A stretch of DNA of 63,879 bases, the filler included, from Globobulimina sp. (taxonomy: Eukaryota): assembly GCA_003354225.1 (NCBI GenBank). It is 15 parts of 15 records of this genome, joined end to end, with 100 filler letters (N's around TTAATTAATTAA, not from the genome) between each part and the next. Parts side by side here need not be neighbours in the genome. Positions count along the whole stretch, not along the records: positions 34,147 to 38,309 come from PIVH01001534.1; positions 38,410 to 42,572 come from PIVH01001535.1; positions 42,673 to 46,835 come from PIVH01001536.1; positions 46,936 to 51,096 come from PIVH01001537.1; 11 more parts are not named here. The stretch is one strand, 5' to 3'. Positions 37,214 to 48,879 of the stretch are shown in pieces. Both the position numbers and the translations under genes were made by a program. The first letter of the stretch is position 1, and every line of letters begins with the position of its first letter. The notes under the pieces were generated by a model, which did no database searches, had not been told where the DNA came from, and saw only the letters and a list, made by a program, of their open reading frames with translations.

Positions 37214-38098
37214 TTATTTAAAATAAAGTTTATTTTTATTATTTGGAGCGGAACCTGGCCGTGAATTATTTGGTAAAGTCAATTTAATTTTTGTTTTATT
37301 ATCTTTACTTAATTGTGCATTGACAATTTGATCAATTTTATTGAAATTTAATTTTTTCCGTTTTTTAAATTCTGGCTTCTCATTTTTTTTATTGTTTTTT
37401 GGTAAAATCCATCCGAAACCGCTAGCATTAGCATTATGCCTTAAATCAATATTTAATCTGTTTGGTACTAAGAATCTTAACCATTGCATATTGCCATTTG
37501 GGTTTAGGCCAACTTTTGTAAATGCATATTGCCAATTCATTAAACCAAAATGCATTATCATTAATCGGAAATAATCTGAAAATGTTTTACAAATAAAATT
37601 CCATTCACATGACAAATCTTGAAACCAAATTGATGGATTAACGTCATTCTTTGAACTGTTATTAAATAAAAATGCGACCGTTCCATCCGTTATATTGTTT
37701 GAATCCAAATTGAATGCCGATATTTCTGCATCCTCAAACTTTACTGGTTTTACCGCATGCAATGGTGACAAATTCATATGCCCCAAAGGTAATACTTCTC
37801 CATTATATTTCATGTGCCATTTTAATAAAAATCCATCTGAAATAAGTAAAAATGATTTGTAGTCATCTGGCAATTTACATGGATAATATTTCTTTTCCCA
37901 TTGATCGATTTCATTTTGTGTAACTGGCGGTCGTTCAAAAAATTTCACATCAGTTATTCCTCGATGTTTCTCCAAGAAAGAAATGACATTTAATGAAACA
38001 TTATCAAAAATTTGCCGGGTTTTGTTTGCGGGATTTTTGTTTGCTGGTATCGAAAAATCCAAGTCTGCAGAAAATGATACATCATCTCTTCCATTCAT
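37214..38098 (-). CDS. TPGS2: Tubulin polyglutamylase complex subunit 2 (SMI1/KNR4 fold)
   Basis: 'GITDV...WEKKYYPCKLPDDYKSFLLISDGFLLKW', 'IWFQDLSCEWNFICKTFSDYFRLMIMHFGLMNWQYAFTKVGL'. Confidence 0.88.
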   Translation of the reverse strand: MNGRDDVSFSADLDFSIPANKNPANKTRQIFDNVSLNVISFLEKHRGITDVKFFERPPVTQNEIDQWEKKYYPCKLPDDYKSFLLISDGFLLKWHMKYNGEVLPLGHMNLSPLHAVKPVKFEDAEISAFNLDSNNITDGTVAFLFNNSSKNDVNPSIWFQDLSCEWNFICKTFSDYFRLMIMHFGLMNWQYAFTKVGLNPNGNMQWLRFLVPNRLNIDLRHNANASGFGWILPKNNKKNEKPEFKKRKKLNFNKIDQIVNAQLSKDNKTKIKLTLPNNSRPGSAPNNKNKLYFK

Positions 38099-38431
38099 AT
38101 TGTTATATAGTAAATATTTTTTCTCAGCAAGGTTACAGTGACATTACTCCTTTTTGCAGTGATTTCTGAAATGAAACTTACACTACACAGACGAAGCAAT
38201 CTAGTTTGTAATGACATTAAACCAATGCTGAAACATAATATCTATCAAAAGAGCTGAGAGCATCCTGTTTTCAGCGTCATATTTTTATTGTCGAAGCAAA
38301 CCGTTTCTGNNNNNNNNNNNNNNNNNNNNNNNNNNNNNNNNNNNNNNNNNNNNTTAATTAATTAANNNNNNNNNNNNNNNNNNNNNNNNNNNNNNNNNNN
38401 NNNNNNNNNAAAATAAATAAATATTTAGTTT

Positions 38432-39248
38432 TTATTTAGATTTTAATTGTTGTATTGCTTTAGAAAATGGAACAAGTACAATTTGTTGATAATTTTGACA
38501 ATTTCTCCAATATTCCTTTCCATATCGATACCTTTGAATAAACATTTGTTGTATCATCGGATTTAATCCACATTCTAATTTCTTATCGCTTTCAATAATA
38601 AAACTACTTATTCCTGATATTAAATCTTTAATTGCTTGTAATTGTAAACTTAATTCATTATGTTTGGATATCAATGCTTCTTTTTCTTCATCATCACCAT
38701 CTTCATTATTTTCATTATTTTCATCATCTTCAATTTCAATCACAATTCTTTCATTTTTGTTATTTTTTGAATATGAATGAAATAATATTTGCTCGGATTC
38801 TTTAAGTTGATCCATAATCGAATTCATTGTTTCTGTTCCAATGTTTTTTGTCTGTTGTTTAAATTCATTGATTTGATTATCACTTTCAATCTTAATTTGT
38901 TTTGTTTGTTTGATATGGATTTTTAAATCATTTTGGCTTTTATTTAATGAATTTCTTGTTTCTTTTAAATTAATTTCGGATTGTTTTATTCTTAAATCTT
39001 CTTCGCGAGTTAACAAATCTAAACCTTTTATTTGAGATTTTATAGATGCGATTTCAATCTTTGTTAATTTCGCATTTTTAATAATCATTTTTTTCGAATT
39101 TTGGATTTGTTCTAATTTCATTTTTTTAATTTGTAATTCTCTCTCTTTTTCTTGGAATTCTTTCAATAATCCCTATGTGTTTAATTTCTAACAAATCACA
39201 ACAACAGCAATAGTGCCATGTACATACACTGTGTAGAGCGTGTTCCAT
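38432..39248 (-). CDS. Coiled-coil protein
   Basis: Exon 1 is 39248-39228 (MEHALHS), intron 39227-39173, followed by a heptad-rich ORF. Confidence 0.65.
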
Positions 39249-39348
39249 TATTTATTTATTCTGCAATGACAGTGATGGGAAAGAAAGGAAAAGATTTTGC
39301 TTAAGTTTTAATTTGCACTGTTTTTTCAACTGAAGTTCAATCAACTTC

Positions 39349-41655
39349 ATGGCGTCACCACCAGTTTCACCTTTACCAATAGCAGTATCAAATACTTGTG
39401 AGATTCGAAACTCAATAGATGCAAAGGATGACTGTTCTGTCCCTTCATTCCAAGAAGATCCCTGTGATATTTTTTTAAACGATATAAATGAGGATATTTG
39501 GGATTTATTTAAGACAGTACACACCATGCGACAACGCAGAGTACCAATATTGGATAATACGAGCAGCACAAGTATGGAAACAATGGGTGGATTTGTTGTA
39601 AATAAAACAACACTCTTAAAATTGCATATTGATGTATCAAACTATATGACCATCCCAATCCAACCAGATACAAAAGCAATTGACGCCATTAAGAAAATAA
39701 TAACTCGCAGACGTATTCCTGACACAACACAATGCAAATTATATCAAGATGACCAGCCGATTGATAATAATGCAAATTTATATGAAATCATGCAAATAAC
39801 CTCAGACTCACAGATTCAAGTTAGATTTACCTCGTCATTGAATAATGAAAGAGAAACCCAACAAGTCATAAATAAACATCATCGCTTCGTTGATTCTACA
39901 AATATTGATCAAGAAAAATCTGACGATGAATATGAATATGAGTCTGAAAATATGTCATTTCATCAGAATAAAAAAACAAAAAGAAAACAAAGAAGACGTA
40001 GATTTCCAAATAAAATGAATTTAATCGCATTTAATAAATTTTCGATCCAGAAATCTGACGATAATGATATTGCACGGGATCACGTATTGCAAAATATTGA
40101 AAACAGTTTAAAACTATTAGGCCGACAGCAATATAAAGTGGTTAAAATAAATAAATATAATAAACATCAAAAACGGATATTAAAATTAACTGAATATGGC
40201 ATTGAAAATATAAAACCAGCCACAAATGGCATATTTAATAACAATAAACAAGAGATCACTTCATTCCATTTATGGGAAAATATCACCAATTCATACTTAG
40301 AGGACAGTAAAACGATAAGAATATCATACAAAGATTATAAAGATGGTGATAGGAAATATGAAACCCAGCAAGCAAACTCCATTAATGACTCCATACAAAA
40401 GAGATTAAAAATTATCAGAGATCAAAAGACCAATGCGGGCCGCAAAGAGATTTCCATTAAGTTTCAAAAGAAATTAATCCATCAACAGATTGCAAACAAT
40501 AAAATATTTAATTTAAACGATCATGTTCGATTAACCAGGAATAGGAGCGGCCATATTATGTATAAAGGATTTGTACACTTTGCACCCTCTCATCATTATG
40601 GTATTGAGTTGGACGAAAACAATGGAGATCATGATGGCTTTTATGATGGTATCAGATATTTTAAGACGCGGCCAAACTGTGCAGTTATTGTGCCTGAATC
40701 ACATATTATTCGCAAAATAAATGTCATTAAAAAGCATGTGAGACATGTAACGTTTTCAAAGAATGAAAATATGAAAATAACCTCGCCATTCAATCACGAG
40801 AATGAGCAGATTCTCACCGTGGAAGATATGATTTATAAGGAACTGAAAGATATGATATTATCCACAAAAACGATCGAAGGCAAATATAGATTAAATTTTG
40901 CAAATAAATTTTATAAATATACCAAAGAAGACTCTTTAATGGATTTAGTACGGGATTTTCTGACTGCGGTGAAAGAGAAAATTGACGAGAAATATGGTGC
41001 AAAATACAAGGATATGATATTGCGATCATGGCACGAAAACAGAAAAGAAAAGATAATGACATCAGATGAGAAAGCCAATGAATTATCGAAATTATCGGAT
41101 ACAATGAATAAATTAATGGAATCTGCAGTGGAACAAACCATATTACAGGCAAAGATTAAGGAAATCTATAAAATATGTTTGGATAAAACGAGACAAGAAA
41201 CACAAATGTTATCATTGAAAATTGAGAAATTAGTTGGTAAACAACAACTATATTTTGGGATTAAAAAGGAATTGCAATCCACAAACAATTGGAATCGGGC
41301 AGTTTATGAGTTATCATTATTGACAGATTGCACATTGCCATCTGAGAAAATAAAGTCTTTGGTGAATTGTGCGCATGCAATATACCTTTCGCATGCAAAG
41401 GAGCAGAGAGAGAAAGAGAAAGCCATAAATAGTGACATATCACACGAGGATTACTTTATAAGCGGCGATGATTTTTTACCCATTGTCATATATGTTATTG
41501 TCCAGGCTTCGAAAAGAAAACCATGTATAAATGATGCGGATTTAAGATTCATGGAAGGATTGGTCGATCCGGCTACAAATAGGTCCGAACCCGGATATTA
41601 TTTAGCCGTATTTCATGCTGCTTTGCAATGGATACGATGTTTCAATAATGAATAA
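39349..41655 (+). CDS. VPS9-domain Rab5 GEF with ubiquitin-like/RA, PH-like and CAP-Gly domains
   Basis: VPS9 'LPSEKIKSL...SGDDFLPIVIYVIV...EPGYYLAVFHAAL'. CAP-Gly 'YGIELDENNGDHDGFYDGIRYF'. PH-like 'YKVVKINKYNKHQKRILKL'. Confidence 0.85.
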   Translation: MASPPVSPLPIAVSNTCEIRNSIDAKDDCSVPSFQEDPCDIFLNDINEDIWDLFKTVHTMRQRRVPILDNTSSTSMETMGGFVVNKTTLLKLHIDVSNYMTIPIQPDTKAIDAIKKIITRRRIPDTTQCKLYQDDQPIDNNANLYEIMQITSDSQIQVRFTSSLNNERETQQVINKHHRFVDSTNIDQEKSDDEYEYESENMSFHQNKKTKRKQRRRRFPNKMNLIAFNKFSIQKSDDNDIARDHVLQNIENSLKLLGRQQYKVVKINKYNKHQKRILKLTEYGIENIKPATNGIFNNNKQEITSFHLWENITNSYLEDSKTIRISYKDYKDGDRKYETQQANSINDSIQKRLKIIRDQKTNAGRKEISIKFQKKLIHQQIANNKIFNLNDHVRLTRNRSGHIMYKGFVHFAPSHHYGIELDENNGDHDGFYDGIRYFKTRPNCAVIVPESHIIRKINVIKKHVRHVTFSKNENMKITSPFNHENEQILTVEDMIYKELKDMILSTKTIEGKYRLNFANKFYKYTKEDSLMDLVRDFLTAVKEKIDEKYGAKYKDMILRSWHENRKEKIMTSDEKANELSKLSDTMNKLMESAVEQTILQAKIKEIYKICLDKTRQETQMLSLKIEKLVGKQQLYFGIKKELQSTNNWNRAVYELSLLTDCTLPSEKIKSLVNCAHAIYLSHAKEQREKEKAINSDISHEDYFISGDDFLPIVIYVIVQASKRKPCINDADLRFMEGLVDPATNRSEPGYYLAVFHAALQWIRCFNNE

Positions 41656-41801
41656 TTTGCATCGTTTTGTGTTTTTTTATTAATTTGTGGTTTTGTGTTT
41701 TTTATTTTATTTTGTGTTTTTGTATAATAAAAAACAGGATAAAAAAAAGCAGAGAAATATGAAAAAAAGAATTCAACAAATTATTTGATAGAAAACCTAG
41801 G

Positions 41802-42344
41802 ATGGCCGAAGGTGGGCTGGATATATCCAACCGTAAGTATCGAAATGATCGAATACAAGATGAAGAAAACGATGATTATAAACTTAACATGCCATATAAG
41901 GAGGCTGTGGGACAGGATGATGCTGCGGGGCAGGATGAGGCTGTGGGACAGGATGAAGCTGTGGGACGGCAACGGTATTATCTCATTATTGGTGGCGCAT
42001 TAATAATTGCATTGGGGATAGGAATATATTATTATCAGAAGGTTACAGATTTAGAAAAAGGAGTAAATAATTTACAAAAAGAAGTAAATAATTTAAAGAA
42101 TCGATCATATCCATCAATTCCGTCTGGAACTGTGATGATTTGGCCTCATCCAAATATGGATCCACCTCCAGGATACAGGAAATTCACTGGATATGCGGAT
42201 AAAGCTTTAGTTGGAGAAGGAAGACATATAAATAGCAACAAAGGAAAAGTTGGCCAAAAACTAGGAGAAGGAATAACCACTGGCAGTGGAGTTATGAATG
42301 ACGTTATTGAATATAGAGGAGTTCCTCTCATTCAAAAACGTTAA
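41802..42344 (+). CDS. Single-TM protein with short coiled coil and phage tail-collar-like C-terminal domain
   Basis: 18-bp EAVGQD repeats, TM, heptads 'VTDLEKGVNNLQKEVNNLK', then 'IPSGTVMIW....PPPGY...ALVGEG...VGQKLG'. Confidence 0.55.
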   Translation: MAEGGLDISNRKYRNDRIQDEENDDYKLNMPYKEAVGQDDAAGQDEAVGQDEAVGRQRYYLIIGGALIIALGIGIYYYQKVTDLEKGVNNLQKEVNNLKNRSYPSIPSGTVMIWPHPNMDPPPGYRKFTGYADKALVGEGRHINSNKGKVGQKLGEGITTGSGVMNDVIEYRGVPLIQKR

Positions 42345-42672
42345 CATGGAACTTGTTTAATAATTATACATGTACACGAATGGATGTTGTAAAAATGAAT
42401 TCCATTTGTACGGAGTTGTGTGTTATGTTTCATTTTCACTTAAGCAATTTCTGTATAAAATGTATAATTGAATAAATTAGGGCTTTCCGATAAGTACTGA
42501 TTTTTTCAAAAACTTATCAAACAGTTCTCAAAAATGCAATCAGTTCAATAAGTATTTTCATTTTTTTTATATNNNNNNNNNNNNNNNNNNNNNNNNNNNN
42601 NNNNNNNNNNNNNNNNTTAATTAATTAANNNNNNNNNNNNNNNNNNNNNNNNNNNNNNNNNNNNNNNNNNNN

Positions 42673-42793
42673 CATTTAATGTCGGGCATTTAATGTTACC
42701 ATGCAGACAGTTTTGCGGAAAAGTTTTTAGACTGCCGCAAATCTGTTTCACAACTACAAAAGCTCCACACTTATGTTCCGCAAAAAAGGTGCC
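42673..42793 (-). mobile_element. Probable secondary insertion interrupting the LINE RT (truncated by contig end)
   Basis: RT-like sequence stops immediately after YADDIIL. The minus-strand junction reads TTA|GGCACC, and the rest of the frame lacks the RT domain 6 (G....K) pattern. Confidence 0.45.
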
Positions 42794-45700
42794 TAATATG
42801 ATGTCGTCTGCATAGAATATGCATGCTATTTTATTATCAACATCTGGCGAAAAGGCGCCATTTCCTGAGGCTTGGAGTTCATAAATCATATCATTCAGAA
42901 ATGCAGCATAGAGTACTGGGGACAGTACAGATCCTTGCAATACTCCATTATGTAGGGCAAACTTATTGGAAATGAATGGTATGTCACGTATTGCCGCGTG
43001 AGAGTTATGATAAATTGCTTGTATTATTTTGCAAATATGCATTGGTATTTTAAAATCGGTGTGCAATTTATATATAAGTCCCTTACGCCACACTGTGTCA
43101 AACGCTTTTCTAATGTCCAAAAGCGCACAGTATAAGGGAACGTTTCTCATTTTGGCAGTTTCAGCAATTAGATTTAGGGCACCTATCTGCTCCGGGACTC
43201 CTCTTTTCGAACGGTTGCCACCCTGCAAAATGTGTAGATTGGCTCTGAATTTGTGTTGGGTGCACATCTCCCATAATATTAATCGTTCGTACGCCTTAAA
43301 AATTATCGGCAGAAGTGTTATTGGGCGATATTGGTTTGGTGTACATCCGTTTGGTGTTTTTAATATGGATATGATAGACCCCAAACGGAAATAGTATGGG
43401 ATGAAATAAGTGTGGTTCCACACATTAAAGAGGGTGCATAGTATCTGATTTATGGCTCTCGGGTTTGTTTTTAAATGGATGGTTTTTATCCCATCATAAC
43501 CGGGGGCACTGTTTGTGTTTGCTTGCTGTATTGCTAACTCTATGGATTTAAACTTATTTGCTGCGGGATCCGGTATGTCAAAACATGCACGTTTCTCTTC
43601 GTCCTCTTGTTGACTGTGACGGTCTGGAAGGAGGCCAGGGGTTTCCTGCTCCATTTCTAGTATAACATCATTATCATCACTCGCACTGTCCTCCTCTTCA
43701 TTTTCTAAATTATATAGTTCATTCATTACAGGCTGTGTTGGGGGGAGATAGTTGGGATCAAAGTGGGGAGTTTGTGCATCATTTTCATGTTCATTATCAG
43801 AGGGGCAGTAGTCATCAGTTATTGTCTCAAGTGGCGGCGGCAATGATGTGTTTGTGATTATGTCCTCCTTTTTGGGTTTGTTGGGGATGAAACTCAAATC
43901 ATTTGGGATATGTGTGTCTAATTTGGAGCGGAAGCTGTTGATCTCATTCAATTTGGTATTATTGGCTGGGTCAGTCATGGGTCCACAGATCGAGCCAAAG
44001 AACTGCTGCAATGCTGTGTTTTTATCCATTATTTTATTTTTATAATTTAGGAATGGTTCATCAACGACATATTCTGTGCGCTTATTATGGAATTTAAAGG
44101 TCTTTAATTTATTGGAGTGAGAAGAATTATTGAAGCGGATGGTGTTCTGAATCAGTTTATTTTGCTTATTCTGTTCAAATTCATTTTCTGCCTCTTTTAT
44201 AAGGTTACGCATTATCTCAGGATTGGCGTTTGTATTCATGAAGAGGCGTTGTTTGATATTCAGGGAGATTTGTTTCGAAGTCATATTGGTCCAATTATTT
44301 ACAGAGTCAAAGTCCACGATTCCAAACGCTTTGATTGTGGCAAGATGTAATATGTAAATGGCTGTTAGCGAGGCGATGTGCGATATGAAATGTCGGTCCG
44401 CCTCTTTTTGGTATCGGTCAGTATTACCGCCAAACCTTGCGAGGTGTCGGGATTTGTTCGTCAGGATTTTGTTATGTAGGCTGAGCAATTTGTGATTAGG
44501 CGCGTACTGTCTCAGAATGTAATGTTTATCTATAATATCAGTGTGGCATTTTGTATTATTTAAAGTAAAGATTACTGGCCGATGATCCATAAAAAGTGGA
44601 TGGGTATCAACACGCATCGATTTTATGCTGTCCAGTTCATCCGTTATCACATAGTCAATTATCGAACCGCCAGTATTGTGAACTCCTTTCGTTAGATAAG
44701 TGAGGAATTTTGGTGCAAATTGAGGATTGGCAATCTTCAGCGTTGTTGTGTCAAGCATCTTTTTCATGTATTTATAGTGAGAGTTTGTGCCGTGATCCAT
44801 AGTCATCGCACCCATTCTTGCATTGAAATCACCAATGATGTACATATTGGAGCAGTCATTTTTATAATTTTGGATGTCATCAGTTAGTGACTGGTAGAAG
44901 TTAATGCTTCTGTCAATTAATTTAGGTTTATATGTTCTTGTATAGTTTGCTGCGATGTATGTCGGTTTGGAGCTATCTTTGTTATGGATCGCAAGCCACA
45001 CTGTGTTGTGCCCTCTCGTTTTTTTTATCAATTTAATTTTGTTTACCAAGTTAGATTTATGGTACACTAATATACCACCAACATTCTTGGGATTGTTTGT
45101 GGTGACCGGGGATTTATGGACTATCAATTTATAACCCGGCAGGTCCCAATTTGGTCGATGTACGCGTCTGGTGTCAATCAAGAGGATTATGTCCAATTTG
45201 TGGTGTATTACCAATTGTTGCATGTATGGATGCATCTGATTTATCTTCGTTTTGGCGCTGCCGTTAATGTTTAAGAAGCCTATTTTTATGTTGTTTATTT
45301 TTATTTGGGTGGTGGTGCAGGGCATGATCTTAGGATCATATATCTGCATAAATGGGTATTTTAGTATGATTTGAGGAATGTCTGTTTGTCGAAGTTGTGT
45401 GTTTTTTGTGTGTTGATTCATAGTTTTATTGACCAGATGTTTTTTGTACCGTCGGAGTTGTGTGTTTTTTGTGTTATATCTATTTATTGCGTGTTTATAT
45501 ATTTGATTTAGCGAAATTATTGCATTATTTTTCTGATTATTAATCCAATTATCTCTATCCAATGCGTGTAAATTCATATTTAGATCAAAGTTTGTGGCTT
45601 CCCAATGGTTCTGAATCCATTTGATATTTTTGTCAATGGGGACAAACCATTTTATGTGGTACTTATGATGCTTTACCGATTGTTGCAGAATCGGCTCGTT

Positions 45701-46072
45701 TACTACATAATCGTTTTTGAGTATGAAGTTGTAAAGTTTTAAAATCTTACTCGGGCTTTTATTAAATGCATGGAGCTGTTGGTACACAGTTTGTTCAACA
45801 GACTCATCATTGTACGGTAGTTTCTTGAATCTGAGTTTGATGTGTTTCGGAAACTGGCCTAAGATGTAGGACTTTATTGGGTGGTATCGGTGCTGTGGCA
45901 TTCTCAAAGTGATCCATCTCAGAGATTTATCCATTATGATTTTGATGTGTTTATAGTATTTGCGTAGTCGATATTGGTTTTTTACAATGAATTTATACAA
46001 TTTTGGTGTGTGTTCGTGCAGCTTTGTGCTGATCATGTATCCGGAGACGCATTTTGTTTTAATAATATGCAT
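42794..46072 (-). CDS. LINE ORF2: apurinic endonuclease plus reverse transcriptase
   Basis: APE motifs FLNING, DIILLIDT, GGIL, IGDFNAR, IIDYVI, MDHRPV. RT motifs SAPGYDGI, YRPITLL, LDIRKAFDTV, GVLQGSVLSP, YADD. Confidence 0.93.
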
Positions 46073-46835
46073 GTAATGGTGGTGATAATTATGGACTTAA
46101 TAGCTGGTTTTGGCTGACACAAAATATCTGTTGGTTTGCTTGGTTTCCTGCTGTGAATTGGTGTGCTTTTGGGCGAGTTGGTGCCGCTGACGTTGGTTAC
46201 ATAGATGTCGGTTTTGGACTGAGCAAGAATTCATTTTTGGTGCAAGTGTATTGGCTGTGGAATTAAAGGAAAAATGCACATTATTAAAGTCGACAGATAA
46301 ACCAATTTGTTTATTCATCAAATTATTGGGTGGTATGCCACTATGTAATATAGAGAAAAAATCAGAAACAAAGAAACAAAATTGGGGAAAGTAAATATAA
46401 TATAAAAGTAAAAAATTAAAATGACACAAAATTTGTGTACAGGGGACTAAGCAGACAGGTAAATGCGAGTAAATGTTGGAAAAGAAAGAGAGAAATGTTG
46501 GTAGAATGGGGGAAAAACGTAAAAGTAGTAATATTATGACGATTTGGCTAATTATATAGCCATAAGAGAGAGAGATGAATATCATTGAGAATTATTGGGG
46601 TTATTGGTGTTTGTGCTGTTGTTCGTATTATCATTGGGACTCTGGCTAAACACACTGTATTCTTTTGTGACTTGGTATTTTGAGCGCATGTTTAACTTTT
46701 TTGTTCAATGTAAATGCCAATTGGTCCATTGTGGACATCTCATCCCATTTCACCGATTCATTATTGATGGCTAATTCCTGTATTGATGCAATGGCAAAAG
46801 AATGGTAATACAATGATAGGGTTTGCTCGTTTGGC
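42794..46835 (-). mobile_element. Non-LTR retrotransposon (LINE, APE-type), partial
   Basis: Intronless APE+RT ORF2 with strong A/C strand bias. Probable ORF1 C-terminus at 46834-46646 and a ~570-nt inter-ORF region. Confidence 0.92.
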
Positions 46836-46935
46836 NNNNNNNNNNNNNNNNNNNNNNNNNNNNNNNNNNNNNNNNNNNNTTAATTAATTAANNNNNNNNN
46901 NNNNNNNNNNNNNNNNNNNNNNNNNNNNNNNNNNN

Positions 46936-47500
46936 ATAATCCACCACCACCAGCAGCTAAACTAATGGTTAATATATCAACTGAAGCACTCGATGCTGAT
47001 GGATTTGATATGGTTGGTTCCATTGTCGGTTGGGATGATGGGGATGATGATGGTAACGATGTAGTTAATATTGTGGGCTCCAATGTTGTTGTTGTTGTTG
47101 GTATTACAGTTGGATTGAGAGTGGGGTCAAATGTCGGATTTGATGTGGTCTCTAAGTCCATAGCACTAGTTTTGCTCTTTGGATCTAAATATAAAAAATA
47201 TGCCACCATTAAAGCACCAATGATTAGTAAAACAAGAACAGTGATTGCAATGATTTTAGCTTTCCGATTGTTTTGTATTTCTTTACCAATCGAAATTGGT
47301 ATTGGATAAGCATTTGGTGGAGCTAATAACAGGTTTGTTGTATCTGTATCATTGGCATTATGTGTCTTTGATAAGGTGGTATAATTTGAAGTGGCTGGTG
47401 GTCCATCTCTTGCACCATTTGTGCCTGTTAAATTTGTATTTTTTAAACTTGTATCGTTTAAATCAATTGATTCATTATCTTCAACTACAAGATATGCCAT
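46936..47500 (-). CDS. Membrane protein with P/T stalk, 3'-truncated
   Basis: TM 'IIAITVLVLLIIGALMVAYFLY', PT repeats, and the start of a second TM at the contig end. Confidence 0.65.
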
Positions 47501-47606
47501 GGTTTGAGGTTTTTACACTTGCTGTTATTTGAGAAAAGGATAGGAATACTGCACAAAAGACACTACAAATACATTATCAAACTATAGAATATGGGTATTG
47601 CACAAA

Positions 47607-48817
47607 TCAAAGCAATTCAATATTAGAAAGCAAGTGATGTTGGTTATTTGGTGTATGATCATGGCACAGTTCAAGTTGGTTATCACTGTCATTCTTTTTT
47701 AAACATTGTGAGCATTCCAATGAAATATTATCGTTTCCCATTGGATTCATTGCTGTCGTCAATTCCACCTCATCCACCATATCAACAATATCATCATTTG
47801 CTGATTGTTGGTACACTTCGTAATGATGCGGAACTGTTGATAGTGTGTGATAATTTTTGTTATTTCTAATGTTGTTCTCATTTCTCAGATTATTATGTAT
47901 CGTCAACAATTGCTGGAACAAATGCTGCGGTAATATTCCTAAAATATCGCATTCCATTCCATAGCAACATGCCATTAGTCGTGCGACCTGACATTGCATT
48001 TTGCGAAAATGCGAGTTATTGCATTCAAACCGCAATATATCTTAACTTGAAGCGGACAGAATGACGACGAGACCATCCATAAAATGAGTATTATCGTTAT
48101 GAAGGCGCCCAAAATAATTTGTAATAACACATAATAAAATAATATTGGCGTATTGCTGCGGCATAAACGGTCCTCTGTCATGATAGATAAACCTCCGATA
48201 AATAACCACATTAACTCTAAGATGCCACGGTCGAATACAAAACCAATGAAATATATATACAACTTACAGCAAATAGAAGCATTCGCATCGTTTTCGATAT
48301 CAATGGACTCTGCGATGTTTGTTGTAATTGTAGATGGTGAGACAAACCATTCAGACAACATAATGTCAAATGGATACGGGATTATGTCCAAACAGTGACT
48401 GCTGTCATCGTTATTATTATGGTTTATGTGCACATGTGACTGCGTATTGTGTGGTTTGTTGTTACTGCGAATTTGCGAGAGAGAATTGAACACATTTTGG
48501 TGTATTCGCCTTTGACGTAGTTCGTGTTGTGAGTATGGTATAGACGTTGCGACTTCTATGGTTTCGTCAAAGTTGCATGGCACAAATAAGCAACAAGATA
48601 AATAGGAGAGTAACGGCGCAAAGTATTTGCCAATGATCCATAATTTTAAGACGTCAGAACATGTTCCGATGTGCCAATGCAAGGAAACGATGATTATATC
48701 CATAATGAACACAAATCCAACAAAGAATATTAATAGTACGTTTGCGTACGATTCGTTGAGGAATATCCATGGATTGCTCCCAAGACTATGCGTGTGGCGG
48801 ACTGTGGAAGAGCGCAT
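47607..48817 (-). CDS. Multi-TM protein resembling the membrane region of TM-RING E3 ligases; apparent frameshift near 48035
   Basis: 'C...LKLWIIG...LMWLFIGG....C....PILFYYVL' pattern. Two overlapping ORFs join if 2 nt are removed from an (AT)n run. Confidence 0.5.
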
Positions 48818-48879
48818 GGAGATTTTTGTAGATTTTCCTTCCAGATTTTCTGGTGGATACAAAAACTTTATATTAAACA

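Noticed and set aside
38150-38309. Possible C/D snoRNA or start of a divergent gene upstream of TPGS2
   Set aside because: No canonical C box. A short spliced N-terminus is possible but is truncated by the contig end and cannot be verified.
46097-46585. 162-aa hydrophobic ORF upstream of LINE ORF2
   Set aside because: It derives from a pyrimidine-rich tract with no gag, RRM or zinc-knuckle motif; more likely inter-ORF sequence than ORF1.
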